From Microthyrium microscopicum (taxonomy: Eukaryota): a stretch of DNA of 64,000 nucleotides. Made by a program: the position numbers and the translations under genes. Shown here in pieces: positions 15,833 to 29,434 of this stretch; positions within the stretch are counted from its first letter, which is position 1; every line of letters begins with the position of its first letter. The stretch is from assembly GCA_010405405.1 (NCBI GenBank), contig MU004232.1:639481-703480 (forward strand), read 5' to 3'. A model generated the notes under the pieces. That model searched no databases and was not told where the DNA came from. It saw nothing but the letters and a program-made list of their open reading frames with translations.

Positions 15833-17709
15833 ATGTCACATCAGCCGCATGATTCCGCAGGCGAGCATGAGGCTCTGCTAAGCTCTCAACGAACTTCTAG
15901 ACCGACAGTCGAATCTCAGCATTCTTATTCAAGCTTTAGAGATGTCACCCAGCCCGAGCTCTCTTCCTCGGTTGCATCTTTGCCTTCAGTTAGTTCGGTT
16001 AGCTCAGATAATGCTTCAATATCAAAACTCAGGGGCTGGGGAATAGTAGCATCACTAGGACTTTTAATATTTCTTCAAGGTAAACATATTTCCTATGCTG
16101 ATCGCATTGACTGTCAGAAGTATCGTTCATTTACTCCTTACTAACACTATCTTAGCATCAAACATATCACTCTTAACAACAACTCAAGGCGTCATCGCTG
16201 AAGATCTCGATGCTTTCGAAGAAGCAAGCTGGTTTACATCGGCCTATCTAGTCAGTCACTGTCCCTTGACTACTTCATCATACTAATAATCCCCAGGTCG
16301 CAACAGCCAGCGTCGCTCCAGTCTCTGGCAAACTAAGTTACATCGTCACCCCGCGAATATGCATGTTCGTCTCAACCATCTTCCTCAGCCTAGGCGGACT
16401 CATCACCGGCTTCGCCCCAAGCCTCGCAGTCTTCCTGCTTGGACGAGTTGTTAGTGGAGTCGGAGCAGCTGGAGTTCTTAGTGTCGCCATCATCCTCGTA
16501 ATTCAACTCTCACCACCCAAAAAGCGCGGACTGTATACGGGAATTCTCAACACCGGCTTCACCATCGGCGTAGCCTTCGGAGCCGTAGCAGCCGGCGCGC
16601 TGCAACCACTCATCGGCTGGCGCGCCCTGTTCTGGGTGCAAACACCGCTCTCCATGCTCGCCGGCGCAGGGTTGATGCTCAGTATACCACCCACCCTTTC
16701 CGCCAACAGCACCACCAAAGACCAGCAACAAGCACCCATGCTCCAACGCCTAGCAAAAGTAGACTATCTCGGCGCCCTCCTCCTAGTCCTCAGCACAGTA
16801 TCCCTCCTCCTCGGCCTCTCCACCCCAAAGATATCCTGGGTGCCCATCATAACCTCCATCCTCGTATTATTCCCCCTCTTCCTAGCCCAAGAAATCTACC
16901 ACCATCCCGACCCCATAATTCCCATCACCGTCCTCCAATCGCGCGGCGCCCTGCTCTCCAACCTATCAACCCTAGGTTTCATGATGTCGCGCTGGTCCGT
17001 CCTCTTCTATACGCCGATTTTCGCGTCCGCAGTACGTGGATGGAGCCCCGCAACAGCAGGTTCGATATTGGTGCCGACGAACTTTGGCTTTGCGATTGGT
17101 GGATTGGCCAGTGGTGGGATACATATTCGACGGGCAGGGAGCTGGTATGTAGCGTGTTTGGTTATCTATGCGCTATTTCCGGTTACTATTTTTGCGTTGG
17201 GTTTGAGTGCGAATAAGGACACATCGACGTGGATCATTATAGCATGCACATTCTGCAACGGAGCAGTCGCTGGCGCAGCACTGAATTACGTCCTACACCA
17301 CGTACTGCATTTGGTCGTTCCGGAAGTACGCTTCATCGTCACCTCTTTACTGGCTACATTCCGGGGTTTTGCGGGTACTTTTGGATCTGCTATTGGTGGC
17401 GGAATATTCGTTCGCGTACTGCGATCTCACCTGGAGACTGGTTTCTACGAGCACGGCGTTGGCAACAAAGATCTCATCAGGCGATTACTGGGCAGTCCAA
17501 GAGCAGTGCAGGAGCTCAGTGGGGTGGAGAAAGATGTTGCAGTAGAAGCATACACAGCCGCCATTCAAACATTATTCTTCGCAGGCACGGGATTATCCAT
17601 TCTAATGCTGTTTGTGCAGGCTGGGACTGGGTGGAAGGGTCCAGTGACCGAGGAGGAACTGGAAGGCTCATTGACGGAAGAAGAGGAGCCGTATAGTGAT
17701 AATGTATGA
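15833..17709 (+). CDS. MFS transporter, Vba/Fnx-like vacuolar amino acid permease
   Basis: 448-aa hydrophobic last exon plus two upstream exons (EEASWFTSAYL); N-terminal acidic dileucine-like EHEALL. Confidence 0.88.
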
Positions 17710-18182
17710 TTAATTGGAGCTTCGGAATCTGTAAGATTAGAAAATATAGACTTGATCGTTTACAGTTCGTATCACAAGAGAAATATTGAAACAACATATT
17801 GAATTTTACCGCAACGTCATTATTAGGTAGCTTGACACAGAAAGTGCCTTGTTGCCCCTTATAATGCAGAATAAACCCACCCGAAATTTGTATACACAGT
17901 CCGTGAAGAATCCCCCTGATGCAATATGTACAGTTTCCACGCACACCCAGTGGAAAGACCAGAACTCAAGGACCTTAAATAACCCAGTTCTTGCCATCGT
18001 GCCAGGCTACAAGCAATCACAAACAAAAGAACTTTTAGAATCGCACTGCTAGTGCTATGCTACAATGAAGAGAAGAGGAAAAGTCGATCCAGCCAGGCGC
18101 ATGTCATATTCGCAGGTGATACTTGCAGGTCTTGCCGCAGAAATTCACGTAAACATGAGAGCCAGAATATAGGAGTTCGTAC

Positions 18183-20579
18183 TTATCGGAGGTTGAACGG
18201 AAAGCCAGGAATCGGCGCACCGAACGTCGGCACTGCTGGTGGAGGACCGACGTGATCAGGAACATTGACGTGTTCGGCACGTTGATTGCGTGGAGGGCGT
18301 TGGTGGCCAGAGTCGTTGGCCGCGTGGTTAGCGTTACCTCCTCGTCGACCAAAGTAGTTGCCTCCGCGTCCTTGGTTACCGCCTTGACCTCGTCGATGGA
18401 TGGCTGTGAGATGGTTAGTGTGTGCTACTAGAGCGACTGGGAAGGAGGGTGGTATACCTTTGGAAGATGGACCGGCGCCGATTTCAATGTCGGGCTCTTC
18501 GACAATCATACCGGGCACTATGTTCTTGCCACCAGTGCCACCAAACTCGGCGTTGAGCATCCACTTGCGGTCAGCGTCGGTGAGGAGGTCAATGGGGATA
18601 GTGCTTTCGCCAACGTTGTAGTCAGCGCAGTGAGTTGGGCCAAAGCCAACAGCCCAGTTGACCTAGTGATGTTCAGTATTAAGTAGATTATGGCGTAGAG
18701 AGACTTACTCGTTCGAACAAGCTTCGGTACTCTGGTTCGGGAAGGTTCCAGATGGCTTGTCGAGTGGCCATGGCATCTGCGTGGGTCACCAGTTTCAAGA
18801 ATGCGTGTCGCTTCTCATGATTGACAATACAAGACTGGACTGTACCAAATTGTCGGAAGAAGGTCTTAAGATCAGTCTCGCTAGTCCTGGTAATGGTCAA
18901 TAAATGAAATAGAGTCAGGTTGGAGAAGACTTACTTTACGCCACCAACAAACAAAGTTCTACTGAGGACTAGATGGGTCAGCAAGTGATGATAGGTATAA
19001 TCTGTCCTGACTTACCTTTCACGCTACCTGGAGGAAGCTTGTTATCGAAACCAACAGGTTTGGGTGCTGAGCTGTGAGGAACGGGAGAATCTCTAGACAC
19101 GGGTTGTGGTGATCGCTGACGAAACTCATTACGGCCACCCATACCGCCACGCTGCTGTCTACCACGTCTACCACCACGATCATCTTGTCCACCACCCGGT
19201 GCATTGGGATCATAGTTGCCATACGTAGGGCTATCACGTCGGGCCGGTGGGGAATAACGATTTCGCTGTTTCCAATCTGGAGATCGGCTACGGTCACGAG
19301 CACCTGGGCCAGTATCTTGGTTACCATATCCGTGGCCGTTAAGATGACCACCGTTTGTAGGATACGCTACAGGTTGCTGTTGAGCTACTTGCGCCGGTGG
19401 ATACGTAGGCTGTTGGGCAGCAGCTTGCTGCTGAAGGGCTTGTACTACTTGCATTACGCCATCTTGTCCATATTGCTGTTGCAATTGGGCTAAGAGTTGG
19501 ATTTGCTGCATCAAGGCAGCTGGGTCCTGAACACCACCCGGAGCTTGTAAAGCTGGTAATAGAGCGGCGAGTTGACCCAACTGGCCCAATTGGGCTAGAG
19601 GGTTAGCAGCTGGTGCATTCACTGGCGCTGGAGGAGCTACAGGAGGCTGCTGCTGCGGCACAGGAACTGGGGCTTGCCGCATATGAATAGGAACTTCTTG
19701 AGGGTAGTTTGGGACAAACTGCTGAACATTCTGCGGCTGGCTAGGAGCTTGAGGTTGGGTTAGACTTGAAAAGGCAGAAAGGAAGTTAGATTGCGGAGGT
19801 TGTTGAGCCATTTGAGGCTGTGGAACGGGCTGGGGCTGTTGCGGTTGTGCCGGAGGCGCGGCGAGAGCAGCTAGCAGACTCGCGGGATCGGATGGCATAG
19901 CGGCAGGTGGTTGCGCAGCGGCATAAGCTTGGAGATTCTTAGCATCGGAATTCTTGTCAGGCAGCAGGATTGAGGTCTTACACGGCTGCTGAGCAGGATT
20001 GTTGAGTCTACGTTTGAACTCTGCGAGCATTGGAGTAGGAAAGGTTGAGCTGCTGGTCCAGATATCAAACAGCTTGAGAAGACGGTCCTACATGGATATT
20101 AGAAATCTAGCAATATACAAGATAGATGCCGATGAACAGAGCATGGAGGGCTTGTGGATGGAAGCGATTTGTATGCGCACCTTTTGTCCTTCAGGAACAA
20201 CGGGAATGAAGTCGTTCATCAATGAAGGCAGAGAATCAGTCATCTTGCGGACGCCGCCAGCATGAGATGCGCCGGTCACGACCCATTGTCTCATTATCGA
20301 GTCTATGATGTACAATACACCGAGCTTATGGGTTTCTGGATTCTTTTGGAATTGAGCAACCAAGGCACTGACAAGCTGTGGTTCAACCTGCAAAGTGTTA
20401 GGTCGGATTCCATGGTATCGAGTCCATTCGACAAGTCTTACCGTGATGTTTTGCGGATCCATGCATATTTTAGTGGCGGCTTCGACAGACTTCTTATTTA
20501 CTCCAGGTGGTTTGAGTGAGGTCAAGTTTTGGAGCATTTTCTCCAGCTCCTGCACAGCAGGATGGATTGGAATGGCCAT
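18183..20579 (-). CDS. seb1: RNA Pol II CTD-interacting RNA-binding protein Nrd1/Seb1 (CID + RRM)
   Basis: N-terminal CID (HKLGVLYIIDSIMRQW), P/Q-rich linker, RS motif, RRM (VLSRTLFVGGV, FGTVQSCIVNHEKRHAF), WAVGFGP and MIVEEPDIEIGAGPSSK motifs typical of Nrd1/Seb1. Confidence 0.92.
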
Positions 20580-21649
20580 AGCTACGGTCTAGTATTACCT
20601 GAGGCTCAACAGCGTACGATGGTCAATAATATGACAGCCAGCTAGATGCTTAGAGACAGGAAATAGTATCCGACGCGATGGGGAGACTCGAGAAAAGCTA
20701 GAGTAGTAGTTGGACGAGCGAACAGCTAGAGGTCAGAGTAGAAGATAGTGTTGTGGGTTTTGTGTGTTGTAGAAGGAAGAGGACTAAGTCAAGCGAAGGG
20801 CCTTATATCTCTGCTATCAGGTACAGAGTACACAGAGGGTGAAGGATTCTAGTCAACCTTGAGAGTCTACTCGATGGGTGAAGGATGTGAAGATGTGAGG
20901 TGTTGCAGTTGGTTGTGAGATTCCAATTGACAGTGACGTGGCGAAAGCAATCTACGGGGGGAAAGAGCAACTTTCCTGGGTGGGACAGAACGAGGTGAAA
21001 GGGAGAAGCTACGACAGGCAATTACTACTGTATACGGAAAGAAGAGAGGATGTAATTAGGTGGTCGCGATGATTGTTGTGGCAGGAGCAGGAGAGAATGT
21101 GTTGGGAGTTTGAAGATGGAGTTGGAGAATCTTGCAAACGCGGAGGGAGAGGTTGCAATTTCCTGCCTCCTGATTTGGCTAGCCATTTAGGGTAGGGTTC
21201 GGCTTTTGGTCTATTCACATTCTGCTCTTTTTTCATTGGTATGGCGCTAGAACGCGGTATTTCTTTGACTAAGCTCTAGTCCATTGCATAGCGGTGGAAC
21301 AGGGGGCGGAATAGTGGAACCACACCTTGGCAAGTCTCGGACAATCAGCGGCGGCTGCTCTTTCCCTCTCTGCTGCGGCTCCTTGCAAAAGTCCGAAGGC
21401 GCTGAGGGGCTTGCGAGGCGGTCAAGGGGGTGGGCCAGCTTGCGACCAACCACTTCGAGCTGGAGCGGATTCTGAAAAAGCTTGGACCAGCTTCTTCGGA
21501 TCAAACTGGGGAACATCTTTTCTTCTTGCGCTTTTTACTCCAAAGCTCACTTCTCAATTCCTTTTACTTTTCGCCCAAATATATCCAAATCCTCTCCTCT
21601 CAATCCTTTAAACCAATTCACAATCTCTTGTCCTTTGACATTGCACATC

Positions 21650-23332
21650 ATGTCATCTTCGTTGCGCCTAGCCTCATCGGCTTTGCGCTTATCTAAAGCT
21701 TCAACCGCTTCCCCATTGAGAACTGCGGCCTTCAATGGACTCCGAGCATACTCCTCGGGAAAAACCACTGTAAGCCGAGGAACTCCAATTGACCTTCACA
21801 ATTGCTAATACATTTTGTAGAGCTTGAAAGATACCTTTGCGGCCAAGATCCCCGAGAACGTTGAGAAAATCAAGAAGCTCAAGTCGTATGTCATCATACC
21901 TACCCTATCCGCAAAGCTCAATACAGCTCTAACACAATCACAAACAGAGAATATGGCGACAAGGTTCTTGGAGAAGTCACTTTGGGCCAAGTGTATGGCG
22001 GAGCTCGTGGCATTAAATCTTTAGTTTGGGAGGCAAGCATTGTGCATCAAAGAGCTATGATCAATTACTCACAATTTATAGGGTTCAGTTTTGGACTCTG
22101 AGGAAGGAATTCGTTTCCGTGGCAAGACCGTATGTCTCCAATCTTCAAGGCTCGTTCCTCTTCTAATCATCACAGATTCCCGAATGCCAGGAACTCCTTC
22201 CCAAAGCTCCAGGTGGAACAGAGCCTCTTCCAGAAGGTCTTTTCTGGCTTCTGTTGACCGGAGAAGTCCCATCCGAGCAACAAGTTCGTGATCTTTCCGC
22301 CGAGTGGGCTGCTCGTTCCGATGTCCCCAAGTTCGTTGAGGAGCTCATCGACCGATGCCCTTCAGACCTCCACCCAATGGCTCAATTCTCCATCGCTGTC
22401 ACCGCTCTTGAGCACGAGTCTGCTTTCGCCAAGGCCTACGCTCAAGGTATGCACAAGTCAAAATACTGGGAGCACACCTTTGAGGATTCAATGGACTTGA
22501 TTGCCAAGCTCCCGACCATTGCCGCCAAGATCTACCGCAATGTCTACAAAGATGGAAAGGTCGCTCCTATCCAGAAGGACAAGGATTACGGTTACAACTT
22601 GGCCAACGCTCTCGGATTTGCTGAGAACAAGGACTTTGTTGAGCTTATGCGTCTTTACCTTACCATCCACACTGATCACGAAGGTGGCAACGTCTCTGCT
22701 CACACCACTCACTTGGTTGGTAGCGCTCTTAGCTCGCCATACCTGTCCTTGTCTGCTGGTCTGAACGGTCTTGCTGGTCCTCTTCACGGATTGTATGTAT
22801 CTCCTATTTCTCATCTGCAATTTCCAAGCTAACAATCACCAGGGCCAACCAGGAAGTGCTCCGCTGGCTCGAGAAGATGAAGGAGGCCATCGGCAACGAC
22901 CTCAGCGACAAGGCCATCACCGACTACCTCTGGACCACCCTCAAAGCCGGTCAAGTCGTTCCCGGCTACGGCCACGCCGTCCTTCGCAAGACCGACCCCC
23001 GCTACGTCTCCCAGCGCGAGTTCGCCCAAAAGCATCTTCCAGACGACCCAATGTTTAAGCTCGTCAGCCAAGTCTACAAGATCGCTCCCGGCGTTCTCAC
23101 CGAGCACGGAAAGACCAAGAATCCATACCCCAATGTCGATGCCCACTCCGGTGTGCTACTCCAGTACTACGGACTCACTGAGGCAAACTACTACACTGTC
23201 CTCTTTGGTGTGTCCCGTGCGCTCGGTGTCCTCCCACAACTTATCATGGATCGCGCGTATGGCATGCCAATTGAGCGACCAAAGTCTTTCTCTACTGAGG
23301 CATATGCCAAGCTTGTTGGCGCGACTTTCTAG
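21650..23332 (+). CDS. cit1: Mitochondrial citrate synthase
   Basis: Presequence, [50 protein letters not shown]; multiple introns. Confidence 0.97.
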
Positions 23333-24033
23333 ATGTGCTCTAGAAAGTTTGTTGGTTTCTGCAGGACTGTTCTCATTTACATAGGGATGGAATGCTTGGG
23401 CAATGGGTGTAAAAATTACAAGTTGTGACTTGGGAACTGTAGGCAGGACATCTTTTCAGCCGGTTGGGTTTGGCTGTAGTATATCCGTGTCTTGTTTTGC
23501 TATTAGCGTTGTGTTTGTAGTTATTGGAAACTGGTTAGACTGTATTCTTGTAGAGCTGAGCGTCAGTGTCAGTCAGTCAAAAATTCGGGGACTTGTTTTA
23601 GGAGAATTTGCTTCAGAGCACATATACAATTTCATAGCGTACACTTCCACTCCCCAGGCCCTCACAGCTCTTGATAGATGAAGTATGACGTGCTTCGTGT
23701 TTGATGCTCTGATATCATTTTTTTCAGAATAGCCAAGGCTGAATACACGATGCCTCGGCCGAACTAGGGGGCGATAGAGGGATTTTTTGCCGCGTGGGAT
23801 ATGTCCTAGGAGGTAAGTTGTACCTCGACTAGTTGAAACTTTGTGGATATTTATAAGTGCATCGGGAATTTTAGCTTTGGCATGTGTGAAACAATGTTTC
23901 ATGAATTTTGCTCAGCGAATCTGAACTGGACAACTCACTGAGATAAGCGATGTTGAAGTTGAACAGCATTGAGAACGATGGTCATCGTCGTAAGTTGATT
24001 ATTTTCTCATCATTTTCAGCGGTATGAAGAAAG

Positions 24034-24441
24034 TCGTACAAATTCGATGGGAGGTAAAGACTTTGATGGGAAGTAGCGCACTTGATGGGAGATGGCGCAT
24101 TCATCGGGAAATGTGTACGCGGAGAAAAAATGGACGTCAAGGAGATATATTGCATTTCAAGCGAAATTTTGATTACACTCGATGGGAGATATCGCACTTG
24201 ATGGAGCCTTTTAAAGAGCGATTGACGATACTCGAAACGAAAAACAAAAATTGAGACCTGGTTGGACCAGGGAGCCGCTTGCCATCATAAAAATAAGAAG
24301 TGACGTTCACCCTCTAGTTTGCGAGTAGTTACCGAGACCAGGAGTTATATCGCTGTCAGGCTATCAGTCTATCATAATTAATTTGATCGCTGTGCTGTCT
24401 TTCGACATGAGATGCGATGGTAGCCATCAAGTGCTATGGGT
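24034..24441. repeat. Clusters of 19-bp-period CCCATC-N6-GATGGG units (degenerate)
   Basis: GATGGGA recurs at 24046, 24065 and 24084 (period 19); again at 24181 with GATGGAG at 24200; units gacatgagatgcgatggta and gccatcaagtgctatgggt at 24404-24441. Confidence 0.75.
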
Positions 24442-24493
24442 GCCACGTTTCTCGGGTTGAGCACACAGAATGGCAGCATAAAAGTGCATTTGC

Positions 24494-25454
24494 TCAACCT
24501 TTATTCGGCGCGTTGCCATAGATGTGCGGAGCCTCGCGTTTAATCCAGTCCGTAAGTTTGGAATTTTCCACTATTTCAGCAGCCCATCGATCCGGCACTT
24601 TGACCTCCAGTATCAAGCTTAAATACGCTAATACCAATGCATCCAGACTACTCGGAGATTTGTTAGACAGGAAATACCGCTTCTTGCCGAGCAGCTCCTC
24701 TAGTGGCTCCAGAAATCTAGCGACAATCGACTCGAGTCGCATACGTTTCTGAGCCTTTGAGAGAATCTCTTTGCGATTGCCAAATCCTATCTTTTCGGTG
24801 AAGCTTGCGGAGGCCGATGCTGATGGATCCACACCCCCAGTTCGCAGGCTGATTGGCTGCATGCGTGGCTCATCGTCAATCTCGCCCAGAATAGTCGCGA
24901 GACCAAGATGTTCTGTCCGCTTCTCTGCGGCTTTTTGATGTGCTGGTGGGATAGTGTAGTTGGCGTACAGTGGGAGAAAGGCGGTGTATGCTGGTCGGGT
25001 TGTTGAGTAGTAGTTTTCGTAGGTAATAAATAGATAGAGATCCAGGAGCTGAGTTCCCAGTGTTAATACATGGGATGACCATCTAAAGGGAGTTAGTTTC
25101 CAAGCTCTGTTGGCTTTATAAACTCACTCACGCTGTGCAGTCCGCCAATTCGTCCTCGTTCATCCAAGAGTTGAGGTCCGAATGCCCATTGATCGAGTCG
25201 CAGCTCCCAACATGTTGAAAGATGTTTAATATTCCGGCAATCTCCTTTTCACAAGAACAACTCAAAACTGGAAATTGTCCATTTGGACTTTGAGACGCGT
25301 CCCAATCCGATATTATGGTCCAGTTCACTGCATTGTCCGTCGTTCGCCAGAGCAGTTGAAAGTACGCGATCGCCGCCAGACAATCAACGTTCAACGATGG
25401 AAATGGGAAACCATCTCCGCTTGGCCAGATTTTCAGATTCAGCCTCGATGTCAT
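24494..25454 (-). CDS. sam37: Mitochondrial SAM complex subunit Sam37 / metaxin
   Basis: N-terminal PSLNVDCLAAIAY..SPNGQFPVL; exon 2 has LLDLYLFITYENY..TRPAY; C-terminal GST-like LEELLGKKRYF...PSSLDALVLAYL; one intron at about 25082-25130. Confidence 0.85.
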
Positions 25455-25622
25455 AATTGTAAAAGTTGACAGATGCAAAGAAAACTTGTTGAGAAAGATC
25501 GATATCACATGATGCTGGTAAAAGTCCTTATGTCGCCCCTTCCCCTTTTGGGGCGATATAAATCGCTACCTCAGAACAACATTCAGATCCAACCTACGTC
25601 TATTGGAACAACCAACACAAGG

Positions 25623-26401
25623 ATGCCTCCTATCAGACGGTACCTACGAGTGACACGCTACACAGTCCTCGAAGTCCGGATACATCTCGATGACCCCGGA
25701 CAAATAGCATGGCTCTTAAGAGGCAGCGATCCAGCACTCCGACGCATCATCGACTCCATCCGTCCACTAGTATTGCCCAAGTTACGAGAAGAAAATGAAA
25801 GAGCAAAGGGAAAATCAGCAGCCAAAAAACGCGGCGTCAAAGACACTGTCATCCAAGGTAACTTTCATGAATCCAACAATGCCCTAGAGATAGTGATGCC
25901 TTTGCTCATGCGAACAATATAGATGATTTCGAAGTATCGGTCTTTCTTACAGATTCGTCAACTCGCCACCAACTTCTGACGAAGAGCAAGACTTTTTCGA
26001 CTGCGAAACGTGGTAATCTCAAGGGCTGGCTGGAAGCTACTGGCTCTACGCGCAAGACCGCTGAGGGCACGGCTGATGATGCGATTGAAATCCGCGCTGA
26101 GTCGCCAGATAACGACATTTCGCTAGCGGACATCCCCATGGCTGGGAACGACGCGGAAGCGGACGCTGGCAACGAGCCGGTGCTAGCGAGTGGGGGCGGT
26201 GATGATGACAAGAAGCTAATACCGCGCACCTTCTACGATGGCTTCAGCATCTATGGCCGGGTGTTATGTCTTGTGATCAAACGACGGGGCCTTGCTACCT
26301 CGACAGTGTCAAAGGCATCATCGAGCCAGCAGATGATGGAGAGTTGGGTGTCGACTCAGGCCGCGCAAGGCGGAACTGTGGATGACGGAGACGCCGGCTG
26401 A
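25623..26401 (+). CDS. Hypothetical protein resembling a fungal uncharacterised family, 2 exons
   Basis: MPPIRRYLRVTRYTVLEVRIHLDDP...; GTAACT..ATAG intron at about 25858-25922; C-terminal DDKK...YDGFSIYGRVLCLVIKRR. Confidence 0.85.
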
Positions 26402-29186
26402 ACTATAGTTCTGAGAAACGGGATACTTGGATGCTTGAACCTGGCAGGTGTGGAAAGAGTTGATTGCGCTGAGGAATTCCACTTCTTCTCTAACGCGGGG
26501 CTTGCTGATGTTCGTAAGCATCTAGAGACACGACCAATTGCTATCGGGCCACTTGTTGGATGCATTCTCCTGACTGGTTTTGGGACGGTGTCCGATGCAT
26601 ACTGCGAGAAGTTCTCATGTTGTGCAGCATGAATGCAAGAACTTGCCTCGCATTCGCTTCGATGGCGTATCAGAGATGAAGCTATTGGTCCCACCTCACA
26701 AGCAACACTTCAAGAGGGGAACACACATCGACATGCCTGCCCTATATCTCGACAAATATCAGATTGGACGGAGTAAGATAGGCGAAGTGGGTGTACGTCC
26801 ATTTGGAGTGCCTGCGAAGTTGCGTAAGACAATCAACGACAGAGCTATCACTTTAATTCTGTCACCCTCCGTGTCTCTTACAAAGGAAAGACAGATATAA
26901 TCTACCTTTTCATCTGATATGGCGACATAGGACGCCTAATCCACCAGATTTTCTTTTTGCAACTCGGCTGAGCGGGAAGGGACGGACCGGTACCTATATC
27001 ATACAGGGAATATACATCACTCTTTCAATATACAAAGCGGAGACTACATACAAGTTCCATATACCTTGCATACCATTACAGAGCATTCTAGATCTTAGGT
27101 TTCAGGTACGTATTGATTAGCAGTATATTTGTCGCAGGGCGCGTACATGCTATAGATCCAGCACATTGGCAACTTACAAATGTTCACGACCCTCAGCTAA
27201 ATTGCCTGTATACAAGTCAGTCCACCTCCTCATCTAAACTGGAATCCGACTCGCTGGTAATCCAGATGGCGGCGGTTTGTCCGCACCTTCATCGTCAATG
27301 TCATTTCCTTTTCTTTACATGGATAGACTATGGTAAGGTACTCTATTGATGTTAAGGGCTTAGAGAAATCTTTCTATGTCTTTGCATGACGAGAGAACTG
27401 GGGTTGAACTGATTGAATATCTCAATTGCGATATTGACCAGGCAAATCGAAATAACCTGTCAGCTTAGCAACCAAAACGGAGCCATATATGAGTAAATCA
27501 GGCAACCGAATATAGCCCTCCGAACAGCATCGCTGCATCAGAGAGACCAGGGAGCCGTATTCGGACGTACTCCCTCCTTTTACATCGCAAGAAACTCGGA
27601 CAACAGCCAAAAACGTGTTACCGCCACCAGCCTTGCAAGTTGCGGAAGCGCAAAAGAGGAAATCTTACCCCGGAAACAGGAATATTCTAATCCTCGTTTG
27701 ATTCTGCATGTATCGTCAGGGTATACGTAGGCGAAGCATCTCACAACCTCCAACTATTATTCCGTAGCCGCCAATATAGCACTCGCATTACTCACCAGCC
27801 AGCCGGAAGCGTAGGAAAGAAAGATACTCGACCGGGTAATCAGCACACACATTCAGACCAAGCAATACCGCTCCAAGCGCGCTATATAAAAATATTTGAG
27901 CCACCAGTGGATAGTCGATGACTGTGCCATGTGGGATGGCAGCACTAAAGCATTTGTTGGATCTCGATGGGCTACCATGAGTGGATATGTTTCTGAAATT
28001 CTAACTATGATATGTTCCAGGGAGTACATCTCAGTGGTTACTGTCGCGGATAGACAAGTATATACAAGATTTAGCGTGGGGGTAGCTGCTGCTCTAATCC
28101 TAGGTTGGAGGGTTGGTCCGTTGAGATATAGGTACTATAGGTAGGCTCCATGATGCAAGCGCTCTGCTCCGGGCTTTGTCATGTTTGAGAATTTACATCG
28201 GGTGAAGCAGGGGGCTGAAGTCATCATGGATCTGCTGCATGGTATGGATACTTCTGGGATCTTGTGAAAGTGAGAAAGTTGGCGATTTGCGAAATTGTAC
28301 AGGGTGGCGAGAATAAAAATGTTTGGACAGTGCATGCGATTATCCCTTCGGGAATCTTGCGATTTCTTTGGAGTTTAAACGAGCACGAGAGATTTTGGAT
28401 TTGAGTTTGAGAATTATTATGCTATAGCGGTGATGCGTTATGCTTCAAGGTATTCAAAGAGAAAACGTGGTTACTCTAATTGAGTTTCCTCAAACATGCA
28501 ATTGATGAAAGTGCGTCGCACAACTGAATAACACAAGATTTTGAACAAGTCTTGGAATGTGAGAGTTTGAAACGTTGTAAATTCTTGTATTTGCCTTCCG
28601 TTTGCATTAAATATCATGACTATGCTACAAAAATCCTTGGGTATCACAATTAAAGCCTAAATATCCATCAAAACAAATCCCTGATCATCACCCGAGTAAG
28701 GGTGAGAGTAATATAGTAACAAATAAACGCCGGCTGCCATGAATTGATTCCTTGTTGTTGGCCACCTGCTCAACAGCAGAAAAAGAAAAAAGAGAAATTG
28801 TTGATTTGAGTGTACATGACGTTGTTGAGGTTGTGAACCGGGTAATCAAGAACAGCAAACCCAAATAATCTTAGTTGGATCCAGCCGAACAAGAGTAAGA
28901 GTGAGAAGAAGAAAAGGTGGTGGTTATTGATAGAGTGGGCCCGACGGTACGGCCGAGGAGTGTGCTGGTGCATGGCAAGGCGCAGGTTGACGTGGGTTGA
29001 TTTCGTGTGCCTTCAGCCTCGCTGGGTGGGGATTGTTTGGCCAACCACATGTAGACGATACGAGTAGGATTCGTTGACTGAATTCCGAATACGAGGTGGT
29101 GTGTTTGCAGCAACAGGCAATGGCATGCGTGCCAAGGTCCATGAGGGTGGTTCGCATCCCAAGAGGATGGATTCTGGTTCGATGGG

Positions 29187-29267
29187 CTACTGTTTAGGGA
29201 CCGGAGGTAATGGTCGATTGGGTGGTGGACCCGGGCAGGGTGGTAGACTGATCATGGCTGGCATCAT
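29187..29267 (-). CDS. Candidate 26-aa proline-rich micropeptide MMPAMISLPPCPGPPPNRPLPPVPKQ
   Basis: Short ATG-TAG ORF preceded by a C/A-rich leader and a TATATAT element about 310 nt upstream, followed by a UTR-like stretch; contains RPLPPVP. Confidence 0.6.
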   Translation of the reverse strand: MMPAMISLPPCPGPPPNRPLPPVPKQ

Positions 29268-29412
29268 GGAGATGGTTTGTGTATGGAGTGAGCCAAAGGG
29301 CTGGATACTTTTGAGTGTTGTAGGATGAGAGTATAGTGCACTGTGTATGATGAGAACAGACAGACTGGTATGGGCGTTGGCGGTGTTTATGAGCAAGACC
29401 AAAGGAGTAGTG

Positions 29413-29434
29413 GATGATTGATTGATTGATTGAT
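29413..29434. repeat. (GATT)n microsatellite
   Basis: gatgattgattgattgattgat read directly. Confidence 0.85.
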
